From IMG/VR virus record IMGVR_UViG_3300013132_000045: DNA of 64,000 nt; one strand, written 5' to 3'. The notes below the pieces were generated by a model. It searched no databases and was not told where the DNA came from. It worked only from the letters and a program-made list of their open reading frames with translations. Origin of the DNA: an uncultured virus (IMG/VR IMGVR_UViG_3300013132_000045) (taxonomy: Duplodnaviria > Heunggongvirae > Uroviricota > Caudoviricetes). The position numbers and the translations under genes were made by a program. Shown here one piece after another: positions 16,838 through 25,428 of the stretch (within the stretch, counting starts at the first letter, position 1; each line of letters starts with the position of its first letter).

Positions 16838-18970
16838 ATGAAGCTTGATTCTTTAATTTATGACTACGAGGATGCTGGTCGTCCTGAAATCCTTGAAGCC
16901 GTTAGCGCCGCAATGAGGCGTTATCTCAAGGGCGAAAAATGCACTGGTTTGCAGCTTGCTCCGCGAGTGGGAAAACAGTCAATTGCTGTTTTGATTGCAA
17001 ATGAAGCAAGGGCTCGAAATGTTCCTTTTGTTCACATAATTGTACCTTGGACCAATTTGAGTCATCAAATTGTTGACGTAAAAAAAAACAAGCGCACGTT
17101 TGATTTTTACAAGGCTTATGGCACCACTGAACCTTTCCGCGCTGACATCGTAGAAACCGTCCCTCACCATAAGTATTACACTAGCTACACAAATCGTCCG
17201 ACTTTGTTTGTGTCAACAGTTCAATTGCTACTGCATAATATTAATGTAATAGTTAAAGCCGTTGAATACGCCATTCAAACCACGAGAATGCGCCCAGTGT
17301 TCATCATTGACGAAGTCCAGTTGATGGGGGCGGGAATGCCTTGGTACGAAATGATTGAGAAGCTTATTGGAGCGGGAGCATATATCATCTCAATGACAGG
17401 CACCGAGCGCCGTTTAGATAAGAAAAATATTATTGGTTTTGAATTTCGAGAAGTTGAAGGATCTAAAAAAGATCCTTCGGCGCATAAAATCCTCAAGGGG
17501 GTCAAAACAGATGACAATGGCGACAAAATTGCTTCCATAGCAGTGGGCACTCTTAGCTCTGTTGAGTATGAAATTATTCCCACTGGATCCACTCCTGTGC
17601 CAATTTCAATGGCTTTTGATCGGGGATGGTGCGTGGGAATGGATGTAAAAACTTTTGATTTTAAATTTGTTGATTTAGCCACCGGCAAGCAATCTTCGGT
17701 CACTCAGGCATCACTGGAAAAAACTCGGTCTCATCTTAGCGATTGGCTGCAAAGTGACGAATGTATTTTCATGGCTGTTCAACACGTTCTCAGCGATTTA
17801 ATTCGACGACGAATTGGTTTAAATCTTAAAGATGCAAAAGCCATGTTCATTACATTGTCAGACACAGATTCAGTTAAAAGAAGCAAAAATAAACACATTG
17901 ACGAAGGAGCAAATTATCATGCCCGTAAAATTAGGAATGAATTTAATAAGCAACTTTCCTTGTTGCCTCAATTAATTCGTTCCAGGCTTGGACGTGTAAA
18001 TGCAGAAATTTGTACTTCCATGCTTTCAAGCGGAGAGCCTGATAAAGCAGCCATGGAAAAGTTGAAACGATTTGCACTTATTGAAATGGATGTCAATGGC
18101 AATGAACCAATTGACGTATTGTTTGTTAAAAATATGGGAGTAGTAGGGCTTGATGTGCCAGAATTAAAAACCATGGCTAATTTGTGTAGCAATTCTGCAG
18201 ATGCGCCTACCACTATTCAAACTAATCTGCGAATTGTCACAAAATGGGAGAAGAGTGATGTAAATGCTCTGCTTATACTTCCTGCTCATTATCATTCGCT
18301 TCAATTTCGCGACATGTGCGGAAAGTGGAGTAATAAAATTCGAGTGAGCACTTTTGAAGAAGATAGTGATTATGAAAAGATAATTAAAGAAAAGGAAATT
18401 GAAGACTGTCCGGTGGTGGACGGGTCTGGCAAGGTCCACTCGTATAGTACTCATAATGGTAATATTATTGAAACCGATCTAGAAGCTACGTTGGCTGCGG
18501 CTCGCCGTAAATATAAAATTGCAAACACTTTAAGTAATTATCAGCTCATTGAAAGCATAAAAGAAGGGGCGTTTCCTTTAGCTGATGAAGATTTTGATGA
18601 GGCTTTGAATGATAAGCGTGACAACGTTTCATCTTCAGGGGTAGAAGTAATTGATGTAAGTGACGAAAGAAATAAGATTGAAAAAGACAGCGAATCGTTT
18701 GGGTCAAAAGCAAATAGGCTTGCTAGTCAAATCGTAAAATACAATGACGACCCCAAGGAATGGCTGAGGATTAACAAGCAATTGATTGCAAAGGCTAAAT
18801 TTAAGTGTAATATTAGCCAATATCAAAGCAAGCAAGAAATTGTAGACCCAGAGGTGCTTTTTCAATTGGTAAATGCTTTGGATGAGGCATATATTGACAT
18901 TAAGGCGGAGCAGGATCGCCGGCAAGGTCAAGGGCGTTTTGTTGCTGAATATTATGCGGAGGTTGAATGA
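16838..18970 (+). CDS. Divergent superfamily-2 helicase/ATPase
   Basis: APRVGKQS (I), FIIDEVQ (II), SMTGT (III), MGVVGLDVPELK (V), QTNLRI (VI). Confidence 0.75.
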   Translation: MKLDSLIYDYEDAGRPEILEAVSAAMRRYLKGEKCTGLQLAPRVGKQSIAVLIANEARARNVPFVHIIVPWTNLSHQIVDVKKNKRTFDFYKAYGTTEPFRADIVETVPHHKYYTSYTNRPTLFVSTVQLLLHNINVIVKAVEYAIQTTRMRPVFIIDEVQLMGAGMPWYEMIEKLIGAGAYIISMTGTERRLDKKNIIGFEFREVEGSKKDPSAHKILKGVKTDDNGDKIASIAVGTLSSVEYEIIPTGSTPVPISMAFDRGWCVGMDVKTFDFKFVDLATGKQSSVTQASLEKTRSHLSDWLQSDECIFMAVQHVLSDLIRRRIGLNLKDAKAMFITLSDTDSVKRSKNKHIDEGANYHARKIRNEFNKQLSLLPQLIRSRLGRVNAEICTSMLSSGEPDKAAMEKLKRFALIEMDVNGNEPIDVLFVKNMGVVGLDVPELKTMANLCSNSADAPTTIQTNLRIVTKWEKSDVNALLILPAHYHSLQFRDMCGKWSNKIRVSTFEEDSDYEKIIKEKEIEDCPVVDGSGKVHSYSTHNGNIIETDLEATLAAARRKYKIANTLSNYQLIESIKEGAFPLADEDFDEALNDKRDNVSSSGVEVIDVSDERNKIEKDSESFGSKANRLASQIVKYNDDPKEWLRINKQLIAKAKFKCNISQYQSKQEIVDPEVLFQLVNALDEAYIDIKAEQDRRQGQGRFVAEYYAEVE

Positions 18971-19689
18971 CGATTGAGCTTAATGATGAAGGGCGTATTG
19001 TTTTCAGTCCATTCTTGAAGCCTTACACGTCTTATCCCTTTAATACGGCAGAGGCGCAAGAGGCTTTCTGTCGAAGTGTTCAATCTGAATTTGACAGGAT
19101 GCAATTTTCTCACCCTAGGCATTTTGCCAGTCTTTTGGTGAAGGCTGTCAATACCAGTTGTAAGCCTTGGGAAATTTGGCCAACAGAAGCCAAGAAAAAT
19201 CCCGATCAATGGTTCAAGCTTGTCATTGGCTGCTCTTGGGCCAGTGCCAGACAAACCGTTATTGGACAGGCGGGCGAAGAAGGGCGAAAATGGTGCGCTG
19301 TGATTGATGGGGCGTTACAGGAATGGGAGGCTGAGCGTCGGACTGACGGGAACCCCACTGGTAACAACCAGTACAAGCGAGTTGGTGGAACCGGGGGTGA
19401 CACCCCCAGATCCTCTGAGCCCCGCGATCACAAGTCCGCCCGAGGCATCCGCCGCCGCCTTCAAAAGCGAGCAATCGCTGGAGACGACCAGGCCCAAAAG
19501 ATTGTCGCCAAGCTTGCTACTGGTGAACTTACTCCTAATGCAGCAGCAGTTGCAGCAGGGATGAGGGAGAAATATATACGCATTTCCCCATCGCCCCCCA
19601 AGGCCGCCAAGGGGCTTATTACTAGACAAGGAAAAGAATGGTGCCTGGCCTTGCTGGAGGAGCTTTCAGAGCTTGTGCTTGCTTCGTAG
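18967..19689 (+). CDS. Uncharacterised putative DNA-binding protein coupled to the helicase
   Basis: GNPTGNNQY; IRRRL...GELTPNAAAVAAG; ATGA overlap with the helicase. Confidence 0.6.
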   Translation: MTIELNDEGRIVFSPFLKPYTSYPFNTAEAQEAFCRSVQSEFDRMQFSHPRHFASLLVKAVNTSCKPWEIWPTEAKKNPDQWFKLVIGCSWASARQTVIGQAGEEGRKWCAVIDGALQEWEAERRTDGNPTGNNQYKRVGGTGGDTPRSSEPRDHKSARGIRRRLQKRAIAGDDQAQKIVAKLATGELTPNAAAVAAGMREKYIRISPSPPKAAKGLITRQGKEWCLALLEELSELVLAS

Positions 19690-19755
19690 GCATTTACTCA
19701 CAGAAGCTTGCAAGGGCTTTAATAGAGAGGCAAAATGAGGGAGAGAACGATACCG

Positions 19756-19783
19756 AGGCGCTCGCAAGGGCGCCTTTTTCTTT
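19756..19783 (+). terminator. Intrinsic terminator
   Basis: AGGCGCTC-GCAA-GGGCGCCT-TTTTCTTT. Confidence 0.75.
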
Positions 19784-19806
19784 GCCCCGGCTAGCACTGT
19801 AATACA

Positions 19807-19834
19807 TTGACGGGCACGGCTGGTGCGGTATTAT
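19807..19834 (+). promoter_or_regulatory. Sigma70-type promoter
   Basis: TTGACG-N16-TATTAT. Confidence 0.55.
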
Positions 19835-19855
19835 GCCTCTAAACCCCTCCCCCTC

Positions 19856-20032
19856 ATGCGCCCTTTTTCTTCTCCCATCGCTTTTTTCTCAATCAGCATC
19901 GGCATTTTCACGCTCGTTGGTGCCAGCATAATTCCATTTCCAGAACCTGCAAAGGACGCATTGGCTTATGGAAAGTGCATCAAGCTCCATCCACAAAGAT
20001 ATTGCGCCATCACATATATGGGCGCTAAGTGA
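19856..20032 (+). CDS. Small membrane protein
   Basis: Hydrophobic segment followed by CIKLHPQRYC. Confidence 0.55.
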   Translation: MRPFSSPIAFFSISIGIFTLVGASIIPFPEPAKDALAYGKCIKLHPQRYCAITYMGAK

Positions 20033-20247
20033 ATCTTCCCCCTGGCACAATTGTTGATCTTAATGATCGGCTATTTGGCTGGAGAGGAAAGTATAAAATA
20101 ATGGAGCAAAAGGCTAATTTTGATTTAGTGCGCATTCAGAACTTACAAACCAACTCTATACAATTTGTCAGTCCTGACAGACTGCGCCCCAGCATCCTGC
20201 CGCAGTTCCGCCTGAAAAGCTTGCTGCCAGACCATAAGAAAGACTAA
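20029..20247 (+). CDS. Small SH3/KOW-like protein
   Basis: PGTIVDL...GKYKI...VRIQN...FVSPDRLRP. Confidence 0.55.
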   Translation: MNLPPGTIVDLNDRLFGWRGKYKIMEQKANFDLVRIQNLQTNSIQFVSPDRLRPSILPQFRLKSLLPDHKKD

Positions 20248-20327
20248 TGGCCCAAAGCCTTTACAAGGGCCATGGAAAAGGCAACAATGGGAAGCAACGA
20301 GGCGAGAGCCTCTCAACCACCATTCCC

Positions 20328-20627
20328 ATGGCAAAAGTTCTCAAGCCCCAAACCAAAACTGAACTAATCAAAAGCTTCATTTTTGATGCTGGCAGCAGCA
20401 TCGTCAGCGTAGAGTTCATCAAAGTTGATGGCTCCCTGCGCAAACTGCAGTTCAACCCCCGCGACACGCAGGAGATTAAGGGCACGGGCCATGCCCTAAA
20501 GAATCCTTCTATCGTTAGGTGCAGGGACTTCTCCATTGCCCGCAAGGAAGGCCAAGGTGCCTGGCGTTCGTTTGATTGCGAACGCGTGGTAAGCATCAAA
20601 GCCAATGGCATTGCTCTCTACGTTTAA
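20328..20627 (+). CDS. WYL/DUF2693-like SH3-Sm barrel protein
   Basis: VSVEFIKVDGSLRK...GAWRSFDCERVVSI. Confidence 0.7.
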   Translation: MAKVLKPQTKTELIKSFIFDAGSSIVSVEFIKVDGSLRKLQFNPRDTQEIKGTGHALKNPSIVRCRDFSIARKEGQGAWRSFDCERVVSIKANGIALYV

Positions 20628-20635
20628 TTAAACTA

Positions 20636-20847
20636 TGGGGCAGAGAGGAAGAAACGCCTTCCTAAATGTGCGCTCCCTGAACATGCTGGCCACTATTCGG
20701 GCCATACGGTGGATGAAAGAACAATTGTTTCAGCAGTTGTTAATCTAGCCTCTGTTCTGTAAAGGGTCTCGTCGAAGACTGTAGGTGGTGCCAATGTAAG
20801 TATGTGCATGTGACGGCCTGCAGTAAGCGCATTCTCGTAAGTCCCCA
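20636..20847 (+). ncRNA. Candidate multi-junction structured RNA (~210 nt), family unknown
   Basis: About 9 nested stems; G-U pairs consistent with the plus strand; no sense-strand ORF in the track. Confidence 0.6.
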
Positions 20848-20873
20848 ACCACAAACCCTCAACCATTTCTACC

Positions 20874-21056
20874 ATGCCAGCAACACTTACTAGAGACGAC
20901 GTATATAGCCTGTGGAGCAGAGGCGAAGGCCAGTGGCATCACATGGCTACTAGCAGCGATGAAGCTGAACTGCAGCTAAAGGCACAAAGCCTACGAAGGC
21001 TTTTCACCAATAGGCGTTTTGTCGTGATACCAGGTGCTTCGGCCCCAAGGCCATAA
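20874..21056 (+). CDS. Hypothetical protein
   Basis: 60 aa, ACCATG start context. Confidence 0.55.
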   Translation: MPATLTRDDVYSLWSRGEGQWHHMATSSDEAELQLKAQSLRRLFTNRRFVVIPGASAPRP

Positions 21057-21143
21057 GCAAAGATGATGCTTCAAGGGGCTGGCAACAGCCCCTTTTGGCT
21101 GTATTGTAAGGAAGTTCAGGCGAGAGCCTCTTTCTTCAAAACC

Positions 21144-21380
21144 ATGACCCGCACCATCGACACCACGAACTGCCCTGGCTGGGGCGATCTCACTAAGCTC
21201 TCGGACCGAGCAGTGGAAAACGCCCTCAACATTGCTTGGAGCCGTAAAAAATACGATGCCACTTGCAGGGCCGCCCTTTCATTCCTGCAGGCAGAAGATC
21301 TGCGGCGCTGGGACAATGGAGGCAAGGCAGAATTTCAGGCCATGATTGAGCGACAGTTCGGTCGTCCTTCTGTTGTGTGA
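21144..21380 (+). CDS. Hypothetical early protein
   Basis: Follows a promoter-hairpin module; AAACCATG start. Confidence 0.6.
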   Translation: MTRTIDTTNCPGWGDLTKLSDRAVENALNIAWSRKKYDATCRAALSFLQAEDLRRWDNGGKAEFQAMIERQFGRPSVV

Positions 21381-21469
21381 AGCTTTGTTGCGGAGGAGGC
21401 TTCGGCCTCCTCCTTGGATTTATTGTTCTTTTGTTCGGAGGCGAGAGCTTCCACTCTTTCTTCAAAGCC

Positions 21470-21673
21470 ATGACTGTCTTTCCCCTCACTCTTCGCACCT
21501 ATACCGTTCACTTCTCCTACCGCTACGGAGTGGACAAGCAATATATCAGCTACAACTCCAGCGTGGTTGATGCTGTTGATGAAGCCGCTGCGGCCTACAT
21601 TATTCGCGACCGCAATTGGATGCGCGATGTAGAAGTAAGTTTGGTGAAACGTCACGAATACGCTGCTTGGTAA
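21470..21673 (+). CDS. Hypothetical early protein
   Basis: Follows a promoter-hairpin module. Confidence 0.6.
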   Translation: MTVFPLTLRTYTVHFSYRYGVDKQYISYNSSVVDAVDEAAAAYIIRDRNWMRDVEVSLVKRHEYAAW

Positions 21674-21713
21674 TTTTTCCTTTCGTTCCTTTCTTCCCCA
21701 TTGATTTCCTCCC

Positions 21714-22004
21714 ATGACTTCTTCTCTTTTTGGCATGATCACCATCCCCACCATTCATCTCAACGGAGACTCTGCTGAAACGTTAATGCGTGAATATCGC
21801 GCAGCGTATGAAGCCATTGATAAAGCTATTGATGCTTTAGCTGCTACCACTTGCAACGGCAGGAATTATTACACTCAAGGCGGCAGTGCGTTCTACCGCG
21901 CTCGTGATGAACGCCAGGCAGCTCTTGATAAACTGCGTGATGCGCAAGCCTATTGCGGAGAAATCTGCATGGGCATCGAGGAGCAGCAGGCCCGCCGCCG
22001 CTGA
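21714..22004 (+). CDS. Hypothetical phage protein
   Basis: PTIHLNGDS...NGRNYYTQG..AF..ARDER. Confidence 0.65.
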   Translation: MTSSLFGMITIPTIHLNGDSAETLMREYRAAYEAIDKAIDALAATTCNGRNYYTQGGSAFYRARDERQAALDKLRDAQAYCGEICMGIEEQQARRR

Positions 22005-22047
22005 TTGTTGCGAATTCTGACAAGGGCGCTTTTGCGCCCTGCTCCAT

Positions 22048-22076
22048 TTGACTTTTCAGCTTTCTTCCGCTAACTT
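22048..22076 (+). promoter_or_regulatory. Sigma70-type promoter
   Basis: TTGACT-N17-TAACTT followed by a leader hairpin. Confidence 0.6.
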
Positions 22077-22116
22077 TCTTTCTGTACCGGGGCACTGCCC
22101 CTCCTCTTCAAAAACC

Positions 22117-23112
22117 ATGGCCCACCAATTTTCTTCCGGCGCTTTTTTCAACGGCCAAGCCGCCTGGCATGGCCTCGGCACTGTGCTTGACGGCACGTTG
22201 CCTGCTCGCGAGGCTTTCGCTCTGGCTGATGCTGATTGGAGCGTGCTCAGCACGCCCATCTTTGACCCTGCAGGCCTGCCCATTGATGGCTATCAAGCCA
22301 TCACCAGAGCAGACAATGGAGAAGTGCTAAGCGTTCAATCGGCTTCGTATGCCATTGTGCAAAACGAGCAGCTCATCCGCCTGGCAGAAGCACTTCATGA
22401 AGATGCTTCCATGGATGCAGTGGTGGTGCTGCAGGAAGGTCGGAAAGTTGCTTTCACTGCTCGCATTAAAGGAGCAGAAGGCGATGTGGTGAAGAACGAT
22501 GCCATCAATCAATATTTTGTTGGCACCACTTCTCATGATGGCTCTATTGCCTTCCAAGCCATCTTCTCGCCTATTCGCGTGGTGTGCATGAACACTCTTT
22601 CTGCCACTCTTCGCCATGCTGATAGAGCTGCTAGCAACAAGCGCATGAGCATTCGCCATACCACCAATGCCAATGCTTTGATTGATCGTTTGCCTGAAAT
22701 CATTAGTTTCAAGCGGCAACAATTTACTGCCACTATTGAAGAACTGAAGATCATGGCTGCCAAGCCTTGCACTTCTGCTCAATTCAAGGCATATATCCAA
22801 GGCGTGTTCAGTGATCAACTGGCAGGCATGGTCAATGACAAGCGAGGCGATGCTTCTACTGCTCGCCAGAAGGTGGTGCAGGATCTTCCTCAATGGGACA
22901 CCCTCTGCAACAAATTCGCTGGCGATGCCATTGGCTCTGACATTAAAGGCGTGAAGGGCACCTACTGGGGCGCCTACAACACCGTCACTGAGTTCCTCAC
23001 GCACGAAGCTGGCCGTGATGGCACAGACGCTGCTCGCAGGCGCCTGGAAAGCCTTTACTGGGGCAATGCTGCTGCCACGCTCAACAAAGCTCATGCTCTG
23101 GCCCTTGCCTGA
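22117..23112 (+). CDS. DUF932-family protein
   Basis: AWHGLG, YAIVQN, TSHDGS, PIRVVCMNTL, IRHT, GTYWGAYNTVTE. Confidence 0.9.
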   Translation: MAHQFSSGAFFNGQAAWHGLGTVLDGTLPAREAFALADADWSVLSTPIFDPAGLPIDGYQAITRADNGEVLSVQSASYAIVQNEQLIRLAEALHEDASMDAVVVLQEGRKVAFTARIKGAEGDVVKNDAINQYFVGTTSHDGSIAFQAIFSPIRVVCMNTLSATLRHADRAASNKRMSIRHTTNANALIDRLPEIISFKRQQFTATIEELKIMAAKPCTSAQFKAYIQGVFSDQLAGMVNDKRGDASTARQKVVQDLPQWDTLCNKFAGDAIGSDIKGVKGTYWGAYNTVTEFLTHEAGRDGTDAARRRLESLYWGNAAATLNKAHALALA

Positions 23113-23210
23113 ACCATAAGCAAAGATCATACAAGCAGGGGCTGGCAGCAGCCCCTTTTTAGACTATTGTTGTTTCAACGGGCCGAGAGGTCCACCATTC
23201 CTTGAGTATC

Positions 23211-23570
23211 ATGATCACCATTTCATCCCCCCGCGTTTTCCAGGTGGCAGGAGTGCCTGCCATTCAAATTCCGGCTGGCGCCAAGGAAGTCCGCATAGCG
23301 GGCGAAATTTCTTATGTCGTGGGAAACAAAGTCGTTTTCCAAGTGGGAAGCGCCATAGGAAAGTGCGGCAATGGACAGCCTCACAAGACGCATTACAGGC
23401 GCGTCGCAGGCGAGCCTATTCAAGAAAACATAACTGTAAACCGCCGAGGCAGCGCGGCCTCCATTTCTATCGTAATGCCGGAAGGTTTCGAGTTTGAGGC
23501 GCGGGGCTACTCGCGCAACGCCGAATGGCAGCGCTTTCGATTTAATGGTGAAATTGTGGCGAGAGTGTAG
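23211..23570 (+). CDS. Hypothetical protein
   Basis: Beta-rich ORF after a promoter-hairpin module. Confidence 0.55.
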   Translation: MITISSPRVFQVAGVPAIQIPAGAKEVRIAGEISYVVGNKVVFQVGSAIGKCGNGQPHKTHYRRVAGEPIQENITVNRRGSAASISIVMPEGFEFEARGYSRNAEWQRFRFNGEIVARV

Positions 23571-23574
23571 AGGC

Positions 23575-23736
23575 ATGAACGTTCCTAACCATCAGCACAA
23601 TAGTGGCAAGCCTCCCAAGCGGAGGCTTAAGCCTCAAGCCTTAAGGGCCGCCAAGGCCCGCCGCAATGCTCTCCTCCATCGTCTCCTCTCTCATGGAAAC
23701 CATCAACCTTCTGGCCATCAGCAACAAAGGCCGTAG
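23575..23736 (+). CDS. Small basic protein
   Basis: HQHNSGKPPKRRLKPQALRAAKARR. Confidence 0.5.
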   Translation: MNVPNHQHNSGKPPKRRLKPQALRAAKARRNALLHRLLSHGNHQPSGHQQQRP

Positions 23737-23806
23737 CCGCATTGGCACCACTATCACTACTGCCATTGTTGAGCAGGACCACCATGACAAAATGTTTGAA
23801 GATTAA
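23693..23806 (+). pseudogene. Probable truncated gene remnant (37 aa)
   Basis: METINLLAISNKGRSRIG...HDKMFED ends abruptly. Confidence 0.35.
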
Positions 23807-23846
23807 TTATTTCCTTTCCCATTGATTCTTTATTCTCACAGTTACC

Positions 23847-24143
23847 ATGATTACCATTCGCACTTATTCTGATAATGGGCCGTATTGGCCCTCTACAGTG
23901 ATGAAATATCAAGCTGCTTGCTTAAAGGACGTAATCTTTCACACTCGTCTTGCAATGGAAGAAAATGAGCAATATATCGGCGCCTTCAACGAGGATGGCA
24001 CCTGCTACGGCTTGTGGGAAGAAGATGGTGAGCCTGAGCCTGATGGTGAAGGCGGTTGGTGGAAACCTCGCCATTACACCTTCAGACGGCCTGGAGGGCG
24101 CTCTGCGAAGGCCTTCGTAATGATGGCGGAGAAAATGAAATGA
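23847..24143 (+). CDS. Hypothetical protein
   Basis: 98-aa ORF. Confidence 0.6.
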   Translation: MITIRTYSDNGPYWPSTVMKYQAACLKDVIFHTRLAMEENEQYIGAFNEDGTCYGLWEEDGEPEPDGEGGWWKPRHYTFRRPGGRSAKAFVMMAEKMK

Positions 24144-24352
24144 CCGTTTTAGAACTCCTGCATTGGCGCATTGATCCCGACCATTTCACTGGCACTGTGC
24201 AAGCCCTTGTCGAAGAAGATGATGATCCTTTCTTTGCCAAAGCTTCCTTTGCTTTAGCAGAGCTTGAAGGCTGGCCAGATAATGACAAAGAACGGCTTGC
24301 TTTTATTGAAGCGCTAAAGCTTGATTGGACTTTCGTAAACGATTCCTTTTAA
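24140..24352 (+). CDS. Hypothetical protein
   Basis: ATGA overlap; acidic 70-aa ORF. Confidence 0.55.
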   Translation: MTVLELLHWRIDPDHFTGTVQALVEEDDDPFFAKASFALAELEGWPDNDKERLAFIEALKLDWTFVNDSF

Positions 24353-24356
24353 TTAC

Positions 24357-24828
24357 CATGACTATCATTGCCTGCCTTCCTCCATCGCTCTTTTGAAATG
24401 AACTTCTATCTTCATGCTCTTGCCTGCTCTCATTGCGGCCATGCAGAAGAGCCCTTACACCTAGGAAAGAGTTCTGCAGGATGGTGCTTCAGTCTTCACA
24501 TATATCCTGAAAAGCTTCTCTCTGACTGGCAAGACATTTGGAGCCACATTGATGCCTTAGTTGAAGAAGGCAATCATGAAATTAGGAATGAATATGGCGA
24601 TCTAATAGAGTCTGGCGGTTTCTTTGCTGTTGTTTGGGACAGAAGCAGAAAAAAGCCTCATAGTTTACAGTGGCTAAAAAACAACCATGCTATTCCAGGC
24701 CCTTACGGGCTTGCCAGGCACATTGTTGATGGCAACCATTGCATAGGCAACGCAGGGCTAAATGTTCCTATTGATTATTTTGTTGGAGACTTTTCATGAC
24801 TATCATTGCCTGCCTTCCTCCATCGCTC
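24357..24828 (+). repeat. 34-bp perfect direct repeat (24357-24390, 24795-24828) flanking one gene
   Basis: CATGACTATCATTGCCTGCCTTCCTCCATCGCTC occurs twice. Confidence 0.95.
24398..24799 (+). CDS. Conserved phage hypothetical protein
   Basis: CSHCG...HLGKSSAGWCFSLH...IRNEYG. Confidence 0.7.
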   Translation: MNFYLHALACSHCGHAEEPLHLGKSSAGWCFSLHIYPEKLLSDWQDIWSHIDALVEEGNHEIRNEYGDLIESGGFFAVVWDRSRKKPHSLQWLKNNHAIPGPYGLARHIVDGNHCIGNAGLNVPIDYFVGDFS

Positions 24829-25428
24829 CTTTGGGCTGCTTCACTAGCAGCCAGCACTGATCCCGGCAAAGGCCCCATCTGCGCCATTGAGGCCCGCCAG
24901 AGCGGCTCTAAGCTGCGTATTGCTGCAGTGGACGGCCATCGTGCCTTCCGCTGCCTCCTGCCGCCTATAGAGGGCTTCTTCCTGCCTGAGGAGCCCATCA
25001 GGCTTCTTCCTAAGGCTTTCAGCAAGGCACCATCACGCAAGACTGTCAAAGCAGAATTGGATGATGGAGGAATAGTAACCTTCAAAGATAGAAATGGGCT
25101 AGTAGTTAGTTCCTGCGTGTGGACTGCTGATCCTTGGGCATTGTCTGAACAAGCCTTTCCTAATCTTGATCAACTATGGCCTACGGAACTATCTTGCAAG
25201 CCTGGCACCTTCGTAGCGTTCAATGCTACTTATCTTGCTGATTTTATGAAAGTGGCAGATAGGCTCGCAAGCAATAGCGTGGTGCGCATGTATTCTCAAG
25301 ACAGTCCCATTGCTCCTATTGTCTGGCAAGCAATGTTTGATAAAAGCTGGTTGGGTGATGGAGAAGAAATTGAAGATGATATTGTGCTTGACTATCTCAT
25401 CAGTCCTGTGCAAGTGAGGGGGCAATAA
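24796..25428 (+). CDS. DNA polymerase III beta-clamp-like protein (two domains)
   Basis: IAAVDGHRA, FPNLDQLWP, AFNATYLADF, YLISPVQ resemble DnaN domains 2-3. Confidence 0.65.
   Translation: MTIIACLPPSLLWAASLAASTDPGKGPICAIEARQSGSKLRIAAVDGHRAFRCLLPPIEGFFLPEEPIRLLPKAFSKAPSRKTVKAELDDGGIVTFKDRNGLVVSSCVWTADPWALSEQAFPNLDQLWPTELSCKPGTFVAFNATYLADFMKVADRLASNSVVRMYSQDSPIAPIVWQAMFDKSWLGDGEEIEDDIVLDYLISPVQVRGQ

Noticed and set aside
16800..16840. Frameshift fusion of HNH and helicase
   Set aside because: The helicase frame has TAA at 16820 and there is no slippery heptamer between it and the HNH stop
20636..20851. tmRNA or tRNA (GGGGC start, ...CCCCAACCA end)
   Set aside because: No GTTCRA T-arm, no cloverleaf and no tag ORF; kept as an unknown structured RNA
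21372..22023. RpaB/HLR1-like direct repeats (TGTGAA-N4-TGTTGC and similar)
   Set aside because: Too degenerate to support by eye
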